In this document: positions 35,955-42,314 of the stretch, one piece after another
Layout of the letters: each line of letters starts with the position of its first letter
Numbering within the stretch: the first letter of the stretch is position 1
Assembly (NCBI GenBank): GCA_037443035.1
Contig: JBBIPC010000009.1
Location: 81,984 to 124,297, forward strand
Reading direction: 5' to 3'
Source: Chthonomonadales bacterium
GTDB taxonomy: Bacteria > Armatimonadota > Chthonomonadetes > Chthonomonadales > CAJBBX01
DNA: 42,314 bases
Translations under genes and position numbers: made by a program
The notes under the pieces: generated by a model
Told to the model about the DNA's origin: nothing
The model's database searches: none
Seen by the model: the letters and a program-made list of their open reading frames with translations, nothing else

Positions 35955-35960
35955 AGTATA
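35955..35960 (-). promoter_or_regulatory. -10 element for the riboswitch-led transcript
   Basis: TATACT on the minus strand, 8 nt upstream of the aptamer 5' end. Confidence 0.55.
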
Positions 35961-36017
35961 CCCCACCGCCACGCCTAGTGACATGGCGACACTGCTAAGA
36001 AACGAGGCGACGAGTGC

Positions 36018-37751
36018 CTATTCCTTCGCTCCGCCACTCTCTGCGGAAGCGGAGGCAGGAGTCTGCTGGAACTGCTGGGAAAACGCATCGAGAGCTTTCC
36101 GTAAAGTGGCGTCGGTGTCTTCAGAGAGCTCCTTGGTCTTACGGATCGTTTCCGCGATCTCCGGATAGTGCTGCGCCAGGTAGGCATGCATCTCTCGCTC
36201 GAAACGCTGCACGTCCTCGACCGGTATCGGATCTAGGTAGCCGTTGCTTCCTGCGAAGATGGAGATCACCTGATTCTCGACCGGCATGGGTTGGTACTGG
36301 GGCTGGCACAGGAGCTGGACCATCCGCATACCTCGGTGCAACTGCGCCTGCGTGGCCTTGTCGAGGTCCGATGCGAACTGCGCGAACGCCTGGACTTCTC
36401 GATACTGGGCAAGTTCCAGGCGAAGCCTTCCTGCAACGCTACGGAGCGCCTTTACCTGGGCGGCACCGCCCACGCGGGACACCGACGTTCCCACATTGAT
36501 GGCAGGTCGAACTCCGGAGAAGAACAGATCGCTCTCCAGGAAGATCTGGCCATCGGTAATGGAGATGACGTTCGTCGGGATGTAGGCGGAAATGTCGCCT
36601 GCTTGGGTCTCGATGATGGGCAGTGCGGTCAAGCTGCCGCCGGTCTTCGGCACCTTCCGGATCTCCAGATTGGCAGCATCCGGCATGGCAGCGAGTTCTT
36701 TCTCGGCTTCCCGGCGTCCTCTCGGCCCCAGATAGGTCTTTCCGTTCGACCCCTCCGCAGTGTCTGCCGGCGCCATCTTCGGCACTATGATCCAGTCCTC
36801 CCGTATCTTCGCTGCGCGCTCCAAGAGCCGACTGTGGAGGTAGAAAACGTCTCCGGGGAACGCCTCTCTTCCAGGTGGACGCCGGAGAAGCAGGGAAAGC
36901 TGGCGATACGCGACGGCATGTTTCGAGAGGTCGTCGTAGACACAAAGGGCGTGCAGCCCCTGATCACGGAAAAACTCGCCGATGGTGACGCCGCTGTAGG
37001 GTGCCAGGTAGAGCATCGGCGCAGGGTCCGATGCCGTCGCACTGACGACGACGGTGTAATCCATGGCACCGTGCTGTTCGAGGGTCCGTACCACGTTGGC
37101 GACTGTGGACTGTTTCTGACCAATGGCGACGTAGACACAGATGACGCCCATGCCCTTCTGATTGATGATGGTATCCACAGCAACCGCCGTCTTACCTGTG
37201 CCGCGATCGCCAATGATCAGCTCACGCTGACCACGTCCGATGGGAACCATGGAGTCGATGGCCTTGAGGCCGGTCTGTAGCGGTTCCGATACAGGCTGGC
37301 GCTCGATGACGCCCGGCGCCCGTGCTTCGATATAGCGGCGCTCTTCGGCAACGATGGGGCCCTTCCCATCGATCGGGTCGCCCACGGCGTTCACCACGCG
37401 CCCCACCATGGCCGGCCCCACAGGAATGGAAACGACGTTGCCGGTACGGCGCACCGTCGTCCCTTCGCGGATGCCCATATCTGGCCCCAGAATGACGGCG
37501 CCCACGTTATCCTCGTCGAGGTTGAGGGCGATCGCACGGATGATGTGCCCGTCCGTGTCCGTTATGGGGTTGCCGCGTTCGTCGAGGAACTCCAGCATCT
37601 CCTGAACCATGCAGTCCTGCAGGCCGTAGATGCGCGCGATGCCATCGCCCACCTGCAACACAGTACCGACGCCGATCTCCTCGACCTTGCGCTCGAACGC
37701 CTGAAGCTCCTGCTCCAGGATAGATGTTATCTCTTCCGGTCTGATTGCCAC
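36018..37751 (-). CDS. atpA: F0F1 ATP synthase subunit alpha
   Basis: AIRPEEI N-terminus (GTG 37751), [15 protein letters not shown] Walker [36 protein letters not shown]. Confidence 0.97.
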   Translation of the reverse strand: MAIRPEEITSILEQELQAFERKVEEIGVGTVLQVGDGIARIYGLQDCMVQEMLEFLDERGNPITDTDGHIIRAIALNLDEDNVGAVILGPDMGIREGTTVRRTGNVVSIPVGPAMVGRVVNAVGDPIDGKGPIVAEERRYIEARAPGVIERQPVSEPLQTGLKAIDSMVPIGRGQRELIIGDRGTGKTAVAVDTIINQKGMGVICVYVAIGQKQSTVANVVRTLEQHGAMDYTVVVSATASDPAPMLYLAPYSGVTIGEFFRDQGLHALCVYDDLSKHAVAYRQLSLLLRRPPGREAFPGDVFYLHSRLLERAAKIREDWIIVPKMAPADTAEGSNGKTYLGPRGRREAEKELAAMPDAANLEIRKVPKTGGSLTALPIIETQAGDISAYIPTNVISITDGQIFLESDLFFSGVRPAINVGTSVSRVGGAAQVKALRSVAGRLRLELAQYREVQAFAQFASDLDKATQAQLHRGMRMVQLLCQPQYQPMPVENQVISIFAGSNGYLDPIPVEDVQRFEREMHAYLAQHYPEIAETIRKTKELSEDTDATLRKALDAFSQQFQQTPASASAESGGAKE

Positions 37752-37800
37752 CAGTCTATACCCCTTGCTTCCTCCGGGATGGCATGGACGCCGATGCCCT

Positions 37801-38379
37801 TCACCCGCCTCCACTACCCTGTTCGGCCATGGCAGACTCCAGTAACATGGTTTCTCGCATGGCTTCCAGCGCCCCACGCACACTGCCGTCCCAGACGGTG
37901 TCCCCCACTCGGACCGCAATCCCGCCGAGCATCGCCGGCTCCACCCGCACATGCAGGAGAACCGGACGGTTCAGCCGTTGCCGTATTGCCTCCTCCAACC
38001 GAACCAGCTGGGCATCGCTGAGTGGCGCAGCGGAGGTGACGAACGCACGCGCCACACCTGCGGCCTCATCTGCACCACGTGTGTACTCCTCGTAGATCGC
38101 TGGCAGGATGTCGGTACGCCGCTTGGCGATGAGCAGGTCCATGAAGCGTCGCGTAATTTCGTCCGCGCCCGTAAGCGCTCTCTCGACCATGCGCCGCTTC
38201 TCTGCCGACGGCACGAGCGGACTATCCATCACGCGGTGGAACGCCGGACTGTCGCGACGCGCCGTGATGAGTGCCTCCATGTCATGCCGAACAGCTTCGA
38301 CCCGATCCATCCGCTCAGCGGTGTGAAGCAGGGCCAGTGCATAGCGGCGTGCTATTCTGGCAGATCCTAGCGTGGTCAT
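37801..38379 (-). CDS. atpH: ATP synthase subunit delta
   Basis: [33 protein letters not shown]; operon position. Confidence 0.93.
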   Translation of the reverse strand: MTTLGSARIARRYALALLHTAERMDRVEAVRHDMEALITARRDSPAFHRVMDSPLVPSAEKRRMVERALTGADEITRRFMDLLIAKRRTDILPAIYEEYTRGADEAAGVARAFVTSAAPLSDAQLVRLEEAIRQRLNRPVLLHVRVEPAMLGGIAVRVGDTVWDGSVRGALEAMRETMLLESAMAEQGSGGG

Positions 38380-38903
38380 CGGGCTTCCCCGAACTCCCTG
38401 ACGAAGGCATCCAGGAGACTAGCCTGCCTACTTTCCGTCAGCGTCCGCGCCGCGGCGTATGAGGCGGCCTCGATGACATCCTCCGCGAACTCGATGCGGA
38501 GGTGGGCCATGGCCCGTTCCCAATCGCGGCGTGCTTCCGATCGTGCATGTGCGATGATGGCCTCCGCGTGCTGGCGTGCTTCCGATTCGATGTGCGAACG
38601 CAACTCGGCAGCACTGGCCACTGCCTCATCGAGACGTCGCTGGGTCTCTTCGGCGATGTGATCCAGCTTGTCCCGGTAGTCATCCCGTATCGCCTCGGCG
38701 TCGGCTAGAGCCTGTCGCACCTGGTCCAGGGAGTCCGCTACGGTTGTGGTCCGTTCCTCGAGCTTCGCTCGGATGGCCGGGACAATCAACTTCACGACCA
38801 AAGCCGCAAGGGCCAGAAAACCAGCAGTACGCACAACGATCCACTGGAAGTCGGATATGTCCGCGGGATGCTCGAGAAGCCAAGGAACCACGTACGGATC
38901 CAT
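38376..38903 (-). CDS. atpF: ATP synthase F0 subunit b
   Basis: N-terminal TM helix followed by a long Ala/Glu-rich coiled coil; lies immediately upstream of atpH. Confidence 0.8.
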   Translation of the reverse strand: MDPYVVPWLLEHPADISDFQWIVVRTAGFLALAALVVKLIVPAIRAKLEERTTTVADSLDQVRQALADAEAIRDDYRDKLDHIAEETQRRLDEAVASAAELRSHIESEARQHAEAIIAHARSEARRDWERAMAHLRIEFAEDVIEAASYAAARTLTESRQASLLDAFVREFGEAR

Positions 38904-38905
38904 AC

Positions 38906-39412
38906 TCAGTTCCTCGCATCCCGGACGCGAATGTACTCGCGGATCAGTTGGCGCTGGTTCTCGTCCGGGGGTTCGCCCTGAGCCTTGCCGAGGGCCTCCA
39001 TAGCCGCACGCTCCAGGCGTTCCTCCGCAGCCGCTCTTCCAGCCAGTCGGTCGGCCTCGGTTCTCTCCTGTCCTTCGCGTGCAATTCGCTCTGCTTCCGC
39101 CCGCGCTTCAGCGATGACAGCTTCGCGCGCCCGCTGTGCGGCCTGGAGCGTTGCTTGGATGCGTGACCGTGCGTCAGCTTCGATGGCTGCCACGCGTTCT
39201 TCGTACTCGGCTCGGAGACGCTCCATCTCTGCCCGCGTGGTCTCGACGGTTCCGTAGGCGTCCTTGATCCGCTTGTTCCTCTGGTCCAGATGGCGCATGA
39301 TGGGCTTCCAGAAGATGCGATCCATGAGGAAGAGGAGAATCAGGAACGCACCTGCATTGAGCAGGAGCACGCGGAAGTCAATGGCCAGACTCTCGCGGAT
39401 CGTGTCGAGCAT
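38906..39412 (-). CDS. atpF: ATP synthase F0 subunit b/b' (second copy)
   Basis: FLILLFLMDRIFWKPIMRHLDQR signature plus coiled coil; follows atpE. Confidence 0.85.
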   Translation of the reverse strand: MLDTIRESLAIDFRVLLLNAGAFLILLFLMDRIFWKPIMRHLDQRNKRIKDAYGTVETTRAEMERLRAEYEERVAAIEADARSRIQATLQAAQRAREAVIAEARAEAERIAREGQERTEADRLAGRAAAEERLERAAMEALGKAQGEPPDENQRQLIREYIRVRDARN

Positions 39413-39437
39413 GGGCTGGATTAGGCGAAGCCTGCTC

Positions 39438-39719
39438 CTACTTGATGGCGGCGCTCTTCAGCGCCTCGACGACCGCATTCGGATCGGCGGGGAGCTGCGC
39501 CTTGAGCATGAACAGGAACACGAAGGTGAAGATGACCAGCGACTCGATAAAGGCGAGGCCAAGGATCATGGCCGTCTGGATACGTCCAATCGCCTCCGGT
39601 TGCCGGGCCATACCTTCGAGAGCCGACGCCGCTGCCCTGCCCTGGGCGGTTGCACCGCCCAGCACGGCGATGGGTAGCCCTAACCCGACGGCAAGGGCCA
39701 GCATGGCGAAGTAGATCAT
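39438..39719 (-). CDS. atpE: ATP synthase F0 subunit c
   Basis: Two TM helices, ARQPE loop, ion-binding Glu in FIESL; AAGGAGG RBS. Confidence 0.95.
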   Translation of the reverse strand: MIYFAMLALAVGLGLPIAVLGGATAQGRAAASALEGMARQPEAIGRIQTAMILGLAFIESLVIFTFVFLFMLKAQLPADPNAVVEALKSAAIK

Positions 39720-39770
39720 CGTGTGAGCCTCCTTAGGCGGTGAATCTGTTGGCGGGACAGCGTGCTTGCG

Positions 39771-40562
39771 CTAGGATGATGCATGGGCCGCCTCCTCGCC
39801 GGAGTGTTCCTCGTGATGCGACTGCAGAGACAGATAGATACATGTGAGAAGCGTGAAAACGAGGGCCTGAACGAAGGTGGTGAGTAACGCTAGAACGAGT
39901 ACAGGGAACTGTACTGGTATGAACGGCAACTTCGGCAGAATCGCAACCCCTAATGTCGCCAGCACGACGATGACTGTGTCCTCACCAAAGATATTGCCGA
40001 AAAGACGCATCGCGAGAGTGAACGGCTTCACCATCTCGCTGATGATCTCGATGGGAAACAGGAGGATGCCCGCTGCAGGGATCGGTCCCCAGAAGTGCGC
40101 CAGGTAGCCCTTCAGTCCTCGCTCTCGAATGCCCACGTACTGGACGTAGAAGAAGACTACGAGGCCCAGCGCGAGCGTAGTGCTGAGGTTCGCTGTCGGA
40201 GAATGAAAGACGGGCAGAAGCCCCCAGAGGTTGCTGACGTAGATGAACAGGAAGAGCGTACCCACCAAGGGAACGTACTTCTCGCCGCCTGGTCCGATGA
40301 CCCCCCGGGTGAAGCCGATGAACGCTTCGACGATAGCTTCGCCAAGGTTCTGCATGCCGCGAGGGATGTCCGTCAGCTTCCGCGATGCCCAGATCCCGAA
40401 CGCGAGAATCACCAGAACCACCAAGATCGCATTGCTGAACAGAAGCCACGGGCTCGGAATGTCACCGAGCTTGTAGGGATGGTGGCCACCATGCCCCTGC
40501 GCCGCATGGGCGCCCACGGGAACCAATTCGTGACCTGTTTCGCTATGTTTCCCCTCGGGCAC
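39771..40562 (-). CDS. atpB: ATP synthase F0 subunit a
   Basis: PRGMQNLGE, SPTANL, KPFTLAMRLFGNI (essential Arg), QALVFTLLT. Confidence 0.95.
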   Translation of the reverse strand: MPEGKHSETGHELVPVGAHAAQGHGGHHPYKLGDIPSPWLLFSNAILVVLVILAFGIWASRKLTDIPRGMQNLGEAIVEAFIGFTRGVIGPGGEKYVPLVGTLFLFIYVSNLWGLLPVFHSPTANLSTTLALGLVVFFYVQYVGIRERGLKGYLAHFWGPIPAAGILLFPIEIISEMVKPFTLAMRLFGNIFGEDTVIVVLATLGVAILPKLPFIPVQFPVLVLALLTTFVQALVFTLLTCIYLSLQSHHEEHSGEEAAHASS

Positions 40563-40610
40563 GAAGCCCCTCCCTATCCTCTTGGTGATCCTGAGATGGG
40601 TCGCTGCGGA

Positions 40611-41039
40611 CTATTTCCTGGTATCCGGCGCGCCCGAAGTCGCGACCCTCGCACCTGGTTTCTCGTTCGCCGTCGTCGGGCCCACAAGCATGCGACCCAG
40701 GGTCTTCAGCACGATAACGGCTGGCACGAGCCCGACTCCGGCAAAGACTGCAAGGCCCTCGATCGCTGGAGCGGACAGAGCCAGATACAGTACGACCCCG
40801 AAAACCGGCAGCTTCGCCAACAAGGCGAAACCCAACAGCCACACGCGCGGGCGTTCAGGCGATACCAACCTCGGGACCAACCACACTAGACTCAACAGGC
40901 TGAACAAGCTCAGCGCACTGCCCACCGCGAGTCCAGCGGCGATATCGGGCCTTCCGCCGACTGTGAACAAGAACACGAACAAAGCCGCCAGCCAAGACCC
41001 AGTACGAACTACACGTCGCGGCAGATCCCGTTCGTCCAT
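40611..41039 (-). CDS. atpI: ATP synthase subunit I-like membrane protein
   Basis: Four hydrophobic helices; position upstream of atpB. Confidence 0.65.
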   Translation of the reverse strand: MDERDLPRRVVRTGSWLAALFVFLFTVGGRPDIAAGLAVGSALSLFSLLSLVWLVPRLVSPERPRVWLLGFALLAKLPVFGVVLYLALSAPAIEGLAVFAGVGLVPAVIVLKTLGRMLVGPTTANEKPGARVATSGAPDTRK

Positions 41040-41042
41040 TGT

Positions 41043-41390
41043 TTACTTGCCCAGTCGCGACGCCATACCGAGCATATTCCGCACACCGACGATGAGCCCG
41101 AGTATCGCCCCACCTAACGTGAAACCGTACGCCTGGCCGCCAAGCCGGCTGTCGAGCCACGCGCCTATCAATGTTAGCACAAGGACCGGCGTAATCAGCG
41201 CGATGGGCAGGCTATAGGCAACACCCATCTGCCGATAATCCTCGACGTTCGGCGACGTCACGGGCCGCTGTACTTGCGGCAGCTGCACCTTAACTTCGGG
41301 TGGCTCGGGAAGCGTAATGCCGGGATGCTCGCATGCTTCGGCATTCGTATCGGACGTGCGGTCCTGAGGCTCGTCCTTGGAGCTACGCAT
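41043..41390 (-). CDS. AtpZ/AtpI family protein
   Basis: LIGAWLDSRLG...GAILGLIVG pattern typical of AtpZ; start uncertain (41390). Confidence 0.7.
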   Translation of the reverse strand: MRSSKDEPQDRTSDTNAEACEHPGITLPEPPEVKVQLPQVQRPVTSPNVEDYRQMGVAYSLPIALITPVLVLTLIGAWLDSRLGGQAYGFTLGGAILGLIVGVRNMLGMASRLGK

Positions 41391-41421
41391 ACCTATCCCA
41401 GGAACATGGCACCTAAGAGCG

Positions 41422-42314
41422 CTAGCTATCGAGAGCGAATCGCTTGTGCAGTATCTGAACTGCACGATCCACCTCGGTCTCCGGAATGAGGCATGATACG
41501 GACATGACCGAATCCGCGACCTGGTGCACCGGAATGCCCGCGGCGTGGAGCGTCTCGAAGATGGTCGCCAGGACGCCTGGGATCAGCCGGTGTCCTCCAG
41601 CCACCACCGATACCATCGTCACGTTCTCGTAGACCGACCCTGGGATGTCCACGACGTCTATGAACTGCTCCACCTTGCGCAGGAGCGGGCGCTGTGCACG
41701 GTAGGCCAGATCCGGCTTGTCGCCGAACTGGAATCTAAAGATATAGAAGGTGCTCGCCGGCTGAGCGTTCGGATTGCTGCCCACAGGGACCACCATGCCG
41801 TCGAGCAGGTCCCTGGCGACAACGTACATATCCCTCGTCACGGCGAAGGACATGGTGGTGGGGCTGAAGGAAGTGAGGAAAATGCTCACGCCAGCCTCGG
41901 CCATGAGCCTGTAGACTTCCTGCTCGATGATAGGCTTGTGGACCTCGTTCGGTATCTCTAGATGGAAGAAGACGCCTCGGCCAGAATGGGCAACGCCCGT
42001 GACGCGGCGTCGGACCTCCTCCGACGCCTCATGCTCGGGGATGATTCGCGTACCCCTGGCATCGGAAAAGGTTGACTTGACCCACAGCTCGATACCGTGA
42101 TCCATGGCGATTTCGGCGGCGCGCGGATGAACCACCTTAGCACCCAGGTGCGTGATCTCGGCCAGCTCCGCGTAGGTACACACGTCCAGCGTACGTGCGT
42201 GCGGAACCATATCAGGGTCGGCGGTCTTGACGCCGTCCACGTCTGTGTAGATCTCGACCCGAGCAGCCTTCAGGGCGGCGCCCAGGGCTGCTGCAGTGGT
42301 GTCGCTGCCGCCTC
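41422..42314 (-). CDS. Aspartate kinase (partial, 5' end outside window)
   Basis: GSDTTAAALGAAL, EIYTDVDGVKTADP, GAKVVHPRA, C-terminal ACT-like domains ending LHKRF. Confidence 0.92.
   Translation of the reverse strand, partial: GGSDTTAAALGAALKAARVEIYTDVDGVKTADPDMVPHARTLDVCTYAELAEITHLGAKVVHPRAAEIAMDHGIELWVKSTFSDARGTRIIPEHEASEEVRRRVTGVAHSGRGVFFHLEIPNEVHKPIIEQEVYRLMAEAGVSIFLTSFSPTTMSFAVTRDMYVVARDLLDGMVVPVGSNPNAQPASTFYIFRFQFGDKPDLAYRAQRPLLRKVEQFIDVVDIPGSVYENVTMVSVVAGGHRLIPGVLATIFETLHAAGIPVHQVADSVMSVSCLIPETEVDRAVQILHKRFALDS

Noticed and set aside
36643..36806. Intein in atpA
   Set aside because: Too short and lacks the N-terminal Cys/Ser and C-terminal His-Asn splice motifs.
2091..37280. Long antisense or alternate-frame ORFs (e.g. 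2091-3491, 6312-7325, 16784-17977, 36291-37280)
   Set aside because: Shadow ORFs expected in GC-rich DNA; they overlap well-supported genes and have no recognisable motifs.
39438..39719. Na+-translocating ATP synthase
   Set aside because: The c subunit has Q and ES but lacks the following Thr and Tyr (ESLVIF) of the full Na+ signature; ion specificity cannot be called.

Overview
GC-rich bacterial chromosomal segment. The gene repertoire (DUF6785-type membrane protein, URO-D-like proteins, many secreted CAZymes, RCC1/Ig protein) is suggestive of an Armatimonadota-like polysaccharide degrader, but that is inference only. Contents, left to right: carbohydrate-active and housekeeping genes (PL-like lipoprotein, Gfo/Idh/MocA, RNase J, GH127, SDR, a beta-helix+GH29+CBM fusion, CBM9/DUF5916, BNR/sialidase-like, RCC1-repeat protein, GH2, CorA, URO-D-like, DUF6785-like); a five-gene eukaryote-like ubiquitination operon at 26472-29656; a DUF6298-like and a second URO-D-like gene; a candidate sRNA; a 9-bp tandem repeat; a DUF6062/hypothetical/dynamin-like operon behind a fluoride (crcB) riboswitch; the first part of a split F0F1 ATP synthase operon (atpZ-I-B-E-F'-F-H-A); and a partial aspartokinase. 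Highlights: (1) the operon encodes a degenerate RING (E3-like), E1, Ubl, UBC-type E2 and a membrane-anchored JAB/MPN deubiquitinase, three of which share a P-x-[IV]-x-W motif; (2) the fluoride riboswitch precedes a dynamin-like GTPase operon rather than a fluoride exporter; (3) a stand-alone three-way-junction sRNA with an exposed anti-SD motif. No rRNA, tRNA, CRISPR array or transposase/integrase was recognised. All family calls are by motif recognition, not database search.
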